Assembly: GCF_030684315.1 (NCBI RefSeq) | Contig: NC_081391.1 | Location: 13,927,342-13,991,341 of the forward strand | DNA from: Stegostoma tigrinum | Lineage: Eukaryota | Length of the DNA stretch: 64,000 bases | Direction: 5' to 3' | Part shown: positions 21,477 through 34,700 of the stretch, in pieces | Layout: each line of letters opens with the position of its first letter | How positions within the stretch are numbered: position 1 is the first letter of the stretch | The notes under the pieces: generated by a model | Told to the model about the DNA's origin: nothing | Database searches by the model: none | What the model saw: the letters and a program-made list of their open reading frames with translations, nothing else | Program-made: the position numbers and the translations under genes

Positions 21477-22734
21477 ATCATTTATGATCTTGCTTATTGT
21501 CCATCATTCAGAGCACTGGATATTTTGGGAAATGTCTTATTGAGCTTGAAGGCAGTTCTCTTTCTGTAATTTGGCTGACCCAATTACTAATTGGACATGA
21601 AAACAACCTTTCAATGGATGTATTTACTCACTCTCGATCATTGCACAGTAACTAGACGGACTTCCTTTTTCTCATGACACAGGAGACTCGAGACTTTCCC
21701 CTCTAAGTAGGATGAGGTTGGTGTTTCCCCAATTGTGGGGTGGAAAATCTTCCAGAGGTCAATTAGTACACTTCTGGATACTCTAGGTTCAATTGTCGAT
21801 CAGAACTTGTCTTCCTTTTTGAGACAGGAAGTTCCCGTACCTGCTCGAAGGGATAAACCAGACGCCCATTCCATAGGATGTGGGATATCTACGTTCAATG
21901 CCAGGTTTCCCTTCCTGCAGCCTCCCCTCAGTCACCACGAGCAATGAGATTTGTCACTCGGACGATAATCTAATGGGAAGACAAGTCTGTGATTTGGAGG
22001 CTGGATCAGTTGACAAAATGCTGGTGGAAGTAGATATATCAAGTTCTGCTCTAAATCCAGTTGCAGGAACCAGCTAAGTTAGGAAAGACACAGGCTTGAC
22101 TCATCTGGTGTAACCTCCCCAGTGAGGCCCTACCATGACCAGTATTTTCTATTCTCAGCATTGTTGTTTTTGGTCTCCTGTGGATGTAGCCTAGGGATCT
22201 TGGAGCCGGTTATGGATCAAAGCAGGACCAGCACTGGAGGCCTGTGACCTTCTCTTTCTCCCCATCTCTTGTTCCAGCCAACTGCAGTTGCACCCCCTAC
22301 CCGGTTAAATCCCTCTTGACATTTCTGAGGGACGGTGGCTGGACTCACTGTGGGTTGGCTTTTTCATTCCTCCATCTGAGTAACATAGACCGCTCCATCT
22401 TTGCTCAAGAAGGAGTCAGTTCACACTGGGGCTGAGCTTTTCCCAAGAGCAATCCAAAATTGTCTTTACTGTGGCATCCTCCCCTTCTTCCTCCTCCTTT
22501 CTCCACCACACCCCACTTCTCTCCCAGCATTCACTCCAACAAGCTGCCCAGCCCAGATCTGGGAAAACTCAGCCCAACCGTTCACAGAAGCCACATACCA
22601 AGAGGTCAGCTGGAATTCCCCTGATCTGTATGGGATTACAATGTCTGCTCTCGATGCTAACAACAGGAAGTTTTAGTTTTTGCTGTAGAATCCCTCAATG
22701 CGGGCAGATGCCATTCAGCTCATTAAATTTGTAA

Positions 22735-23025
22735 TGACCTACTGAGCAACCTCCTGCTGGGGGACACCCTATTCCCTTAATCCCACATTTCCCATGGCTA
22801 ATCTAACAAATCCGAATGCCCCTTGTCACTGTCAGCAATTATCTTTGCCAATCGACCTAATCTGCAGGCCACTGGATTAGGGGAGGGAGTCGGAGCAGAT
22901 GGTGGAAACCCATGCAGACACAGGGAGAATGTGCAAACTCCACTCATGTTGCCAAAGGCTCGAATTGAACCAGAGTCCCTGTGGCTGTGACGTATCAGTG
23001 CTCACCACTGAGCCCCCATCACGTC
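22735..23025 (-). mobile_element. tRNA-derived SINE remnant in the spacer (homologues at ~6735-6990, 16260-16555, 29880-30140, 37980-38275, 54550-54845)
   Basis: Minus strand reads GGCTCAGTGGTGAGCACTG..CACAGCCACAGGGACTCTGGTTCAATTCG (A and B boxes), then GTGGAGTTTGCACATTCTCCCTGTGTCTGCATGGGTTTCC. Confidence 0.6.
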
Positions 23026-23265
23026 CAAAAGTACCAAACAAAAGGGGGAGGCAGTTGCACAGTCATCAAGTCGTACATCATGGAAATAGACTCTTCTGCC
23101 CACACAGTCCCTACACACCAGGTTTCCAAAACTCTGTAGTGCCATTTGGCCCATCTTCCTCGAAGCCATTCCTTCCCCCATAAGTGTCCAAATGTCTTAT
23201 CAAAGTGGTAATTATACGTCTATTTTATTCTCATTTTCAGCTTGATAAACTTATACAATTTGTTC

Positions 23266-23457
23266 TTGCACAGGAGGTCAAAGGTCATTCAGCAATTCCA
23301 TCATCCACCAGTTGTCAATTCTGGTTTCTGGATCCAATTCCCATCCTGCACTGATTGGACGTGGCAACTGATCAATTGATTAACAAGAGTGATTGGCCAT
23401 CACTGATGATGTCATTTCCTGCTCAAAAAATGAGGGTCTTCTCCTGGAGTATAAATA
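23266..23457 (+). promoter_or_regulatory. Promoter block, copy 4: DR1 23275-23287, TATA at 23450
   Basis: AGGTCAAAGGTCA ... CTGATTGGACGTGG ... TGATCAATTGATT ... GTGATTGG ... TGATGTCA ... TATAAATA. Confidence 0.75.
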
Positions 23458-23552
23458 GAGCCCAATGGCATTGCTATTTTAGGTGTAGCTGATTTTCTTT
23501 CTATATTTATAATTTGGTTTTGTTGGATAAGGAAAGCTGTTTCTATCACAAA

Positions 23553-26500
23553 ATGGCCTCCCAGATCAGTCAGAACTATCACCAGGATTGTGAAGCTGCT
23601 GTCAACAAGCAGATTAATGTGGAGCTCACTGCCTCCTATCTCTATCAGTCTTTGGTGAGTGCTGTCCCTGTGGGGTTGGAGTTACTTCTGTTATGAAGTG
23701 AACTGTTTTTTTTAAAACAAACTAGATTAATACTCTTGTATAATAAAATGTGAGGCTGGATGAACACAGCAGGCCAAGCAGCATCTCAGGAGCACACATT
23801 TAGCTTTTGTGCTCCTGAGATGCTGCTTGGCCTGCTGTGTTCATCCAGCCTCACATTTTATTATCTTGGAATTCTCCAGCATCTGCAGTTCCCATTATCT
23901 TTAACACTCTTGTAGACTTGTTTGTTTTTTTTGTATCTCTCTTAGCTATTTCTTGATTCAGCGTAAATGTGGTGACAATGGGATATGATACTGATATGCA
24001 GCAACTGAGGCCCCAGTTGTCTCAATGATATATGGAGGGTGAAGCATCTTGTGATTTATCTTAGAATTCCTTTTAGGGCTGTGATTGCCTATAACTGGCT
24101 GTGGCTCTCCATAATTTTCTAAACTACTGTCAAGCTTTGATCCAGATAACCATTGGCTAACTACCTTTTTAAATCTGCCTTGATGTATCTGCTTTAGTTT
24201 TGTGCATGTAAATAAACAAACATACTGGTTTTGGTATTTACAATAAGGTGTTGTAGTAATTTGACAAATCAGATTTTTTTAAGCTGAACTCAAGTCCTTG
24301 AGGTTAGACAAGCTGCTCCCTGCTTAAGTAGGTCTCCAATATTATTTTGGCTTTCTGTGCTCTATATAATGAAGTGGGTTTGATCCATCACTTAACAACC
24401 TATAGAAAGTTGACTTGTTATAGGTGCCTGCCCCCCCCGACCCCCCCCCCCCCCCCCCAAAGGGGGCTGCTGGAACATGCTGAGGCTATTGACCCAGAGG
24501 TGAAGAAATAAATGTTCTTCCTTTACCATTTAACCAGATAAAGAAACAAACTGGCTCCTCCCACCATGTGGTGGTGCCCCTGTGCCCTTCCAAGGAGTAG
24601 AATGTGTTCAGAAGGTGTTGAGGTCCCCTTGGTGAGTGCTGCAGGGGACCTGGTAGATAATGGACCCTGAAAGGAGGTGGTGAATGCAGTCCCCACGAAG
24701 TGGGCTGCTCTGTCCTGGATGGTGTCTGCTTCTTGCACGTTGCAGCTCCACTTCTCCAGACACATGGAGAATATTCATCACTCTCTGGGCTTGTGCCTAT
24801 TGGAAGGAAGTCCTATCTAGGGACATGAGGATAAAGTCCCTATAACTACCTTTTTGGGAGGTGGGAGTAGCTTTAACTAGTGAACCAATTGTTGGGTTTT
24901 AGTCACTGACCACTGTCCCAACTCAATAGGGAATCTTGTGTGCTGATAATAAAATCCCCACTATTCTACACCTTCTACAACTTAACTACCCATTTAAACT
25001 ACTTTTTCAACTTTTAGTTTGTATTTGAGGATCAAACTAACCTCTCACCAGGATTCTACCAAAGAACAACTTCTTCTTTTGATGTCAATAGACTATTCCT
25101 AATCAGCAGTAACTTGTTGGATTGTGAATCTCAGTTGACAAGTGAGTGAAATGAGTGGGGAAAACAATAGTTTAGCCTCTTGGAATAAGCTAAATTGAGC
25201 TCTCCAGCTTTGAACAAGTCAATCTATAGGTCATACAGTCCTGCAGATACCATTAGGTCTCCTGAACATTTGATCTTGTTTCAGTTGTGAATTTTAATGC
25301 TTTGCTTTGCAAGCTTCTGGCAACCTGAGTGCATGGCATAAACAAATGTGATAAACTATTGCTGCAACAAGCCAAAGGCTGTCACTGGGCAGGCTCTCCT
25401 TTAGCACCAAGATTCTCCTAATCGCCCTCATTCTCCTGCATACTGCAAACAGCATCTCTTGTAGAGCTGCTTTATGTAAAAAAAATACAGTACATCTGAT
25501 CCAATTGGTTGCAGAAGACCTGTACCTACTAGCTATATTAATGTCCAGCATCTGCATGCTACTCTAGCACCAGGGGAGACATGTAATGACTTGAAGTTGC
25601 CTGACCCTGTGCACATCCTGCATTCCAGCTCCTGGCACTTGTTTAAACCCTATTCAGTTACCACTTCCATCCAGTTCTGGAGGCTGGATGGCAGAAATGT
25701 GCTTTCAGCTTTTCTGTCTAGGCTGTGCCAGACCCACACGCCCAAACAATTCAGCAGAGTTTACAAACCAAAACACTGAATTTGCATCTTACATGGAAGA
25801 AGCTGGGGTTGTTTGGCTTCCTCCAATTAAAGGAGCTGCTGGCTAATTTTGTAACACCATTAGTGAACATTGTAAGGTGTCAACAATTTTCAGCTGATTG
25901 AATCATTAGTTTGCTTTAGACTAAACCAGTCCTCCAGTTCTGAGCATGAGAAATGAGGTCAATCATGTGTTTAATGGGCTTTAACATGTTATCTCCCTTC
26001 TAGATGTCGTACTTTGACCGGGATGTTGTTGCCCTCGCCCATGTCTCCCGGTTCTTCAAACATCAGTCCCAGGAGAAGCAGGAACATGCAGAGAAGCTGC
26101 TGAAATTCCAGAATCAGCGTGGAGGCAGAGTCCTCCTCCAGGATGTGAAGGTTGGAGTTTGGGAGGGGGGCGTGGTGTGGTGTGCAGGAATAGTAGCTCA
26201 TGGTGTTTTTGGTCACTAGTGACAAGATTCACATGTGGTAAAGGATGTGAAGGTTGGAGTTGGAGAAAGCAGGCAGTGGGGAGGAGATGTGAGAAATGGC
26301 TGCTTATGGTGTGGTTTCATGTCCTGAAAGAAAGTGAAAACTGTTTTGTTTGGCTCCCCTCCTTTTGACTAAAAGGAAAGAAATCCCAGAAACAAGCCTC
26401 TTGGCTCCCCTCCACCTGCTGCTTCTCCCCCCACCCCCCCCCCCCCCCCAACCCATGCTGACCCAACAAACACCAAACCACATTAATCCCATTTACTGCA

Positions 26501-28391
26501 CTTGGTCTACAGCCCCCATGGCATTGGTAGTTGTCTAGAAGCTGCTTAAATATTGCAGCAGTAGATGCCTCCCCCACTGCCCCACCCCCCCATATTATTT
26601 TTCCACTACCCTCTGGGCAAAGGATTCCTCTAACCTGCTGACTCCTCACATCAGTGCCCTCTGGTCTTAATGTCTCTTTCTCCCCACCCCCTCATAGCAG
26701 ACACTCCCCATCTACTATCAAGACTCCACACTAATCAAATGCCATCACATAAACATCTCAACTGACTTCACTCTGGGGATTGGAGTGAGAAATCTAATCT
26801 TCCTTTTAATGGATTTTTCAGTCTTGGGGCAACATCCTGGTGACCCTTCCAGTGCCATTGTGGCTCTGGTCACCACACTGTATTCCACCTTTGCATGGCC
26901 AATGCTGCAAAGTTTGTGACAAGACTGGAGTCCCTGTACTGCGCCCCAAGAAATGGGGAAGGGCATTGTGGAAGCCACCTTCCCCATCCTGTCTACACTT
27001 ATGGATCCTTGAAATATCTCTAGTCTTGTTCTCTTGGTTCCTTTATTGTCAACATATTGCTGTCCCTTCAATGAATTAAATAGTAGTGATGCTTTTGATC
27101 ATTCAGGTCAGTCCTATATGAAGCCATAAGCACAAGTGGGACTTCAACCTGGGCCTATGCTCCAAACCTAGGGACAGTACCACTGCATTACGAGCCCTGG
27201 GATTAAGTTGTGAATATCCTCCTTGGGATGCCATCAGATGGGCACTGACAATTCTGTGCAAACATAACTCTTATCCCCACTATGACCTGGTTGTGAATTG
27301 ACTCTCCTTTCGGAAGAAGCAAATAGGGCTAGGTGAAAGCAATTCCTTAAATAACTGATCTGTTCTTCCTAAGGACTTCAGGGATGGCGGTGGTTAGCAC
27401 AAATGCATCAGTGCTTGGGGCACGAGCTTAATTCTGGAGTTTACATGTTCACCACATCTCTACATAGGCTTCCTCCCACAGTCCAAAGATGTGCAGGGTA
27501 GGATAGGCCATGAAAAATGCAGGATTACATGGCTGGGACTAGGACCAGGTTGGATGCTCTTCAGATGGTCATGAGTGGGCAGAATGGCCTGATGCATGCT
27601 GCAGGGATGTTGTTTGAGGCTTACCTGTCCTTCTTTCCATCCTCAGAAGCCAGAGAGGGATGAGTGGAGTAACAGTCTGCAGGCGCTGCAGGTTGCCCTG
27701 GATCTGGAGAAGAATGTGAACCAGAGTTTGCTGGATCTACACCAACTCGCCACAGCCCAGACTGACCCTCATGTAAGCTTCATCTCCTCCTCATTCTCAT
27801 CCCTGCCATACCCTCAGGGCAACACTTCATTGGTTGGTCTGTGTGGATTGGAAATTCACAGGTGTGCACTGATCACTTTGGGTCCATGCTGCTGAGCAGT
27901 TGTTACATGGTGATCAGAAATGAAGTGAAATGGGAGTTTGGAAGGCAATCCATTGGGAGTGATGAAGTGATATTGGCCACTGAATTCCCATTCTCACTTG
28001 GGAGCATTACAGTGGAATGATCATTGTCCATCACCATCCAACTCAGCTCCACTTCACAAACAGCAAGATGGAGCAGCTGAAATCCTATTGTCATCACCGA
28101 CACAGATTTTCCAGGCGTTAGCTAAATTTTCAGGGCTGTCTGGAACTAGTATGGTAAAGCCTGTTTTTCAGTGGGAATTCTGAAATTGTCTTGGATAGTG
28201 TTAATGCACCCAGTTGTCATATTCCTCTGTTGCAGCTGTGTGACTTCCTGGAAACTCACTATTTGGATGAGGAGGTGGAGATCATCAAGCAACTCGGGGA
28301 CTACATCACCAACCTGAAGCGCCTGGGAGCCCCTGAGAATGGGATGGGAGAGTACCTGTTTGACAGGCTCTCCCTGGAGGACAGCAGTTAG
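23553..28391 (+). CDS. Ferritin subunit copy 4; exons 23553-23654, 26004-26150, 27647-27772, 28236-28391
   Basis: Intact frame, GT-AG sites, TATA at 23450 and AATAAA in the 3' UTR. Exon 2 reads [28 protein letters not shown]. Confidence 0.93.
23741..23900. mobile_element. Hairpin Penelope-terminus-derived insertion in intron 1 of copy 4 with a ~14-bp TSD
   Basis: Perfect inverted arms of ~57 bp spanning 23740-23864; flanks are TTAATACTCTTGTA 23727-23740 and TTAACACTCTTGTA 23901-23914. Confidence 0.8.
24560..24815 (-). mobile_element. Old L2/CR1-clade LINE 3' fragment in intron 1 (homologues at ~11340-11540, 17500-17990, 49440-49700, 59190-59400; partial at ~1535-1660)
   Basis: Minus-strand peptide [20 protein letters not shown] resembles the RT C-terminal 'LDxIQxKAARLI' motif. 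It sits at the same intronic position in most copies, so the insertion predates the array. Confidence 0.55.
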
Positions 28392-30544
28392 TGTGGCCTG
28401 GAGTACTGTCTGCTTGGTCAGAATGCATTCCCCACTTCACCTGGGCAATCTGTCTCCTTCCAAGGAGAAGGGACTTGGAGCAAAGAATGTAATGGCTGTA
28501 CCAGCTAAATGGAAATGAATAAAATCATGCATTGATGTTGCTTATTGTCCATCATTCAGAGCTCTGAATACTTTGGGTGATAGCTCTTGCTTGAAGCCAG
28601 TTTGTTTTCTGTAATTTGATTGGTCCAATTTCTAATTGGACGAGGCAACCCTTCACGGAATCGCTCACTATCCCCACATTAGAATGTAACGAGATGGAGT
28701 GTTTTTTAGGTTATTCCTGTGGAAATTGAAGGTGTTTTTCCTCCAAATAGGATAAGGTTGGGATTTGTCAATTGTGGCATTGGCTTTCTTCTAGAGGACA
28801 ATTAGTGCGCTCCTGGATATGGTGGGTTCAACTGTAGCTCAAAGCAATTGTCTTCCTCTGGTGACAGGAAGTTCCCACACCTTCTACATAGACTTCTCTA
28901 CCCAGCCTGATAGAATTTGGGATAGTGGTGTTCAATTGCACATTTCCCTTAATCTCTTCCCCGCCTCAGCCATCCTGCGTACTCAATTATTGCCTGAATG
29001 ATGACAGCAACAAAAAGTGAAGACAGCCCTTTATCTACTGACCCAGCTTCCTGATCACAAAGGTCTAAAGGAAGAGGCCCAGCAGGCTCTGATTTCAATC
29101 CAGGTGGCGGAAGCAGCAGAGGTGTGAAACAATCTGGACTGCCTGGTATATCTCTTTTTTTTTTCCCCCATTGGGCCCTACCCTGACCAATAAACACTAT
29201 ATTCTCAGTATTGTTACTTTTGGTTTCACCATCCCAAACTGTGGCTGGAGCTCTTTCTCTTCCGCTTCTCCCCACTTCGCTCACCCCGCCCTCCCCCCAC
29301 CCGACCTTTTCTATCCACGTGCCCCACCAGCCTAAACATTCACCACAGCCCCTTTCCCTGGGAGTCAGCTCAAGACGTTCACCTGAACTGTACTGGATTA
29401 TAATGTAGGGCCTCATTGCTGCTTACAGCAGGATAACAGGGACCTGGGAATAACACAGCAATGCACCTGGTTAAATGCTGCTGTTTGATTGGCTCTTGTT
29501 GCTAAAGCCAGCATTGAGCGCACTAAGCTGCTCCCTTGGTTCCTCTGAGCTTTCCCCCATGGTGAACATTACTCCTGATGCAGGTTGATTGGGTGAAATC
29601 ACATTGAAGGAGCAAAGTGGCTGGGAGAGGAGACATGGAGATGCTGACTTTCCTTTACGGCTGCTTCCTTTATCGTTCAAGGTGTCAGAGATAATGGGTT
29701 CGTGAGGGGGCGATCTGAGACATCCTGAGGATTGTTCCAGGGAGTTTTGTAGCGGGTGTACACTGCAGCCTTCATCGAGGTTGGCTGGGGGGCGGTGCTG
29801 CTGAGTCAAAAGGCACTCAACATATTTGTTCCAACCTCATAAAGCAATTTATTTTTGGTGAAAATAAGTCTAGGCTACAGTAACCCTCAAGTGCAGGAAG
29901 GGACCATTAGGCCCATTAAATCTGCATAGACCTTCTGAACAGCATCCTCCTTAGACCCAACCCCTTTGCCTTAACTCCACATTCCCCATGGTTATTCGAC
30001 CAAGCCTGCATGCCCCTGCTCACTATCGACAATCTGCAAATCGTCGGGCTGTGTGAGGAAACTCAAGCACCTGGAGGAAATCCACGCAGTCCATCACCCA
30101 GGGGGAGAATCGAACCTGGGTCCCTGGCACTGAGCCGCCAAAACATTCTAAAGTACCAAAGGAAAGGAATACACTGCGGCAAACTACGCCATGGGAATAG
30201 ACTCTGCAGCGCAGCCTGAACTTGCAGACCAGGTTTTCATAAACTGTGTAGTGCCATTTGCCTTCGTTTGGCCCATCTTTCTCTTAACCGTTCCTTTCCA
30301 TGTAAATCTCCAAATGTCACTTAAATGTTGTAATTCTATCCACCTCTACCACTTCCTCTGGCAGCTCGTTCCATACACGCAACACCCTCTGTGTGACAAT
30401 GTTGTCACTCACGCCCCTTTTAAATCTTGCCCCTCTCCCCTCAAACCGGTGCCCTCTAGTTTTGGAACCCCCCTACCCTGTCCCAGCATGCTTTTTATAT
30501 ACAGTCAATCTTGAGTGTGCCAATGGCAAGGCTACATTTAGTGC

Positions 30545-30865
30545 TCAGCAACTGTTACACTCCAGGAGGTGGTGATGAGCTGCTTATTACAGTCCACATG
30601 GTGTCGGAGAGACCGGAATGATGCTGCTGCTGCTGCTGTTGCTGAGGAGGGGCTCCTGGGATTTTCATTCACAAACAGGGATAGTGTTCCAAGTCAGGAT
30701 GGTGACAGAGTTACATGGAGCTGCTTGAGTGTCGTTGGTGCTGCCTCCAGCGAGAACATTGTAAACTAATTCCAGCACTACTCCCAACTTCAGCCTTATT
30801 GAGGGTGGGCAGGTTTTGGAAACTCAGGAGTTGAGTACTTCCTGACAGAATTCCCAGCATCTGAA
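30545..30865 (-). mobile_element. Degenerate LINE fragment of the same family in the intergenic spacer (homologues at ~7625-7940, 38700-39015, 55480-55795)
   Basis: Shares CCAAGTCAGGATGGTG..GAGCTGCTTGAGTGTCGTTGG..ACAGAATTCCCAGCATCTGA blocks with the intronic fragment. Family assignment is by recognition only. Confidence 0.4.
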
Positions 30866-31430
30866 TTCCCAGTTTCTGAGCTGTACCATCGAGAGAACGC
30901 AATGTAAACAGAACCAGAAATTCTTCACTTGGAAACATGCTGGGGTGAATCACTAGTTCTACTTCAAACAACGAAAACAAAACTGGGAGACAGAAATGTT
31001 CAACGTGCGATACATTTCTAGCAGCAACTGAGGCATAGAGGCCTGAGGCCTACTGTGTAGAAGAGGCACTCAGCACATTTAGCGTTTTGCTTTTCAAACT
31101 GGGCTTCAAGGTCAAGGTCAGGGAGATCACATCAGATGCAGAATGGATCCACAAAGTACATCAGTTGCCTGTTTTAGATGATCCAAAAGCACATTATTTC
31201 TGTTGCTGCACAGAAATAGGAAAATGTTCAGATCAACCAAATCGAGCCATTTTTCAAAGAGCTCCAACACCAACGTTCAAAAATTATTACGACTAATCCC
31301 TCAGAATAGCAATCCGACAGAATTCTGCAAATCTGTGATGAATGTGTCTTAACGCACAACCTCAGATAGAAAAGTGAAGTTTTAGAGTATATTTTGTTCT
31401 CATTTTCAGGGAGATGTCCTTCCAGAATTT

Positions 31431-31632
31431 GCACTTGTGCGGGAGGTCAAAGGTCATTTCAGCAATTTCATCATCAACCAGTCGTCAATTCTGATTGGTT
31501 TTTTGACCCGATTCCCATCCTGCGCTGATTGGATGTGGCAGCTGATCAATTGATTAACAAGAGTGTTTGGCCATCACTGATGATCTCATTTCCTGCTTCA
31601 TAAAATGAGTGTTGGCTCCTGGAGTATAAATA
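31431..31632 (+). promoter_or_regulatory. Promoter block, copy 5: DR1 31444-31456, TATA at 31625
   Basis: Same motif order as the other copies; ACGTG is replaced by ATGTG. Confidence 0.72.
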
Positions 31633-31718
31633 GAGTCCCAGGGCAGGGATGTTTACTGTTGCTTTTAGCTTTGTCATTTTTGTGGTGAGGAAAATAAAGC
31701 AAGTGTTTCCTTTATAAG

Positions 31719-34700
31719 ATGGCCTCTCAGATTAGTCAGAACTATCACCAGGATTGTGAAGCTGCTGTCAACAAGCAGATCAATGTGGAGCTCACTGCCT
31801 CCTATCTCTATCAGTCTTTGGTGAGTGGAGTCTCTGTTGGGTGAAACATACTTCTGTTCTGTTGAAGTGAACTCTTCCCCTTGGATGTAATTAAGTTCTA
31901 TATCTTATAGACTGAGTTTTTGTGGCTCCTACCTCTTTCTCAATGCAGGATGAGTGTGATGTTACTGTAACAATAGTTTGGTGTCTAATGTTACTCTAAC
32001 TTGGGTCCCAGTTGGTTGTCAGTGAGATGTGGAGGGTGGAGTGTTCTTGTAGTTACTCGCCTGTCCCATGATGGTGCTGTGACTGGTGGTAATTATAGCT
32101 TCCTGTGACTGTTTGAAACTTGAGGGAACTAATTTAAAAATGAATTGGGACTCACCATTGTGGGAATGGAAGCACCATCAGCTAGTCACTGTTTTTTTTT
32201 TCCCTCCTGTATCCTTGTTTCTATTTGAATCTTGTGGGGATCTGAAGTAAACCTGCCAATTGATACTGAGAATCTTGGTTTCCTATTGCAATCAGCTTAG
32301 AGTAGGCTTGTTCTAGCCCTGCAGAGCTGGGCTGAGAGGTGGCAAATGGAGTTTAATGCAGACAAGTGAGCTGATGCACTTTGGTAGGAGTAACCGGAAG
32401 GCAAAGTACAGGGCTAATGGTAAGATTCTTGGTAGTGTAGATGAGCAGAGAGATCTGTTGATAGATAGACATGGAATGTTGAAAGTTGCCACCCAGGTTG
32501 ACAGGGCAATTAAGGCAGTGTTTTGTCTTTTATTAATAGAGGATGGAGTTCTGGAACCAAGAGGTTATGGTGAAGCTGTACAAAACTCTGGTGCAGCTGC
32601 ACTTGGAGGATTGCATACAGTTCTGGTCACTACATTATAAGGATGTGAAGCTTTGGAAAGGGTGTAGAGTAGATCTGCTAGGATGTTGCCTGGTCTGGAG
32701 GGAAGATCTTATGAGGAAAGGCTGAGGGACTTGAGGCTCTCTTCATTAGAGAGAAGGTGGTTGAGAGGTGACTTAATTGAAACATAAAATAATCAGAGGG
32801 CTAGTTAGGGTGGATAGGGAGAGCCTTTTTCCTAGATGGTGATGGTGAGCATGAGGTGGGGTAGCTTTAAATTGAGGGCTGATAAATATAGGACAGATGT
32901 CAGAGGTAGTTTCTTTACTCAGTAAGGGAATGCAATGCTTTGCCTGTGACAGTAGTAGATTTGCCCACTTTAGGTACACTTAAGTCATCATTGGATAAGC
33001 AAATGGGCATACATGGAATAGTGTAGGTTAGATGGGCTTGAGATCAGTATGACAAGTCGGCACAACATCAAGGGCTGAAGGGCCTGCACTTTGCTGTTAT
33101 GTTCTATGTTCAGATTAAACTGGGTGAGGTTGTGACTCTTATCTGATTAAGCAGATCTCCTTTTGAGATCTACCTTGCTTTTCTTGATACTCCATTAGGT
33201 GGGTGTGGGCTGTCTGTATGTCAAGTGTTGGAGCTTTTCAAAGGCACAGCACTGCCATGGGGCTGAGAATGTACTGAGGGTACTGACCCAATGACTCTGG
33301 TAAAAAGTTTATGCCTGTTGTATTTGGCCTGATTCTAAACTAACTGGACCCTCTTTCCCCAGGTGGGGTGCTTGTGCCCTTCCAAGGGGTAGAAGGTGTT
33401 TACGTAACCTTAGTGTTTGTTGCAGGGTGCTCTCTGGGCTTGTCCCTGTCAGCAGGAAGTCCCCTCCTGATGAGGATCAAGCCCCTGTCAGCCCCACTTG
33501 GGGAGGGGGAACAGCTTTCATTGAGCCAGCAGTTGGGTTTTAATCACTGACCCATTGTCCCAACACACCTTGTAAGCATGTGCCAGGAATGAAATCTTGC
33601 TATTCTACATCTTCTAACTGCACATTTAAATCGCAAAGATAAATTGTGCTTGTGTTTGCATTTGAGAATTGAAGCAACTTTTTTCAGCAGGATTTGTAAG
33701 AATGTGCTTGTTACTGGCTGCTTCCAATAGCAGACCTGCTAAACCTCAATACATTGAATTGTGAACATCCTGGTTTAGAAATCTACAGGACTTTGCCTGT
33801 TGGATTAAGTCAACAGTGGTTTTTCCAGGTTAATGAGGGATCTTGTCTGGAGAGTAGTTGATCTGCAGATCACTGTCATATTTGTCATGTGATCAGTTTG
33901 TTTTGTCAGTCTTTCTTTCATGTGTAATGGTACAAGTTGCTAGCAGTCTGAGTCAGTGCAGCAGTAAACTGTTGCAGTAACAATCCAAAGGCTGTCCTTA
34001 GGCAGGCTTTTCTTGGAGCTAACATCCTTCATTCATCTCCTCATGCCCCCCCAGCCACCCCAATACTGCAGTTCTTGTCAAACTAATAGATACAGTGCAT
34101 CCAATTGCATTGATCCTGACTCAGCAGAAAATGTGCTTCTTCCTAGCTGTTAATTGCAGTGTCTAGGATCTGTTTTCTGGTCTTTGCCAAAGCAGCAATA
34201 CAGTGCCCTGCAGCTGTTCTATTGGTGTACATCCTGCACTCCAGCCCCTGGCATTTCTTGAAACCCTATTCAATCAAAGATTTATCCCATTTCTGGTGGA
34301 GGTTAATCAGTAAAAACATCAATTCACACTTGTTCTCACCAAATGCTGTGCCAGACCCTCCTGGGCAATTTGCCAGGAGTTTCAAACCAAAATAAAACAC
34401 ATGGTATTTACAACTTACTGGAGGAAGCTGGGATTGTTTTGATTTTTCCAATTCAACAGCAACTGCTCAAAACTGGGTTCTGAATTGTTAATGCATCAGG
34501 TACTTAACAGCTTATTGTCAGTTTGATTTTGAGAATGCTCAAGTAGCCCTGTAGTTCTGAACTGAAATTGGCCCATGACTTGTTAATGGACTTTACCTTG
34601 TTCTCCCTTCCAGATGTCCTACTTTGACCGGGACGATGTTGCCCTTCCCCATTTTTCCCAGTTCTTCAAACATCAGTCTCAGGAGAAGTGGGAACATGCA

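Noticed and set aside
24429-24458. Poly-C tracts (also ~26425-26450 and 45262-45287) as functional G-quadruplex or recombination signals
   Set aside because: Each is private to a single copy, none lies at a mapped breakpoint, and homopolymer length is unreliable.
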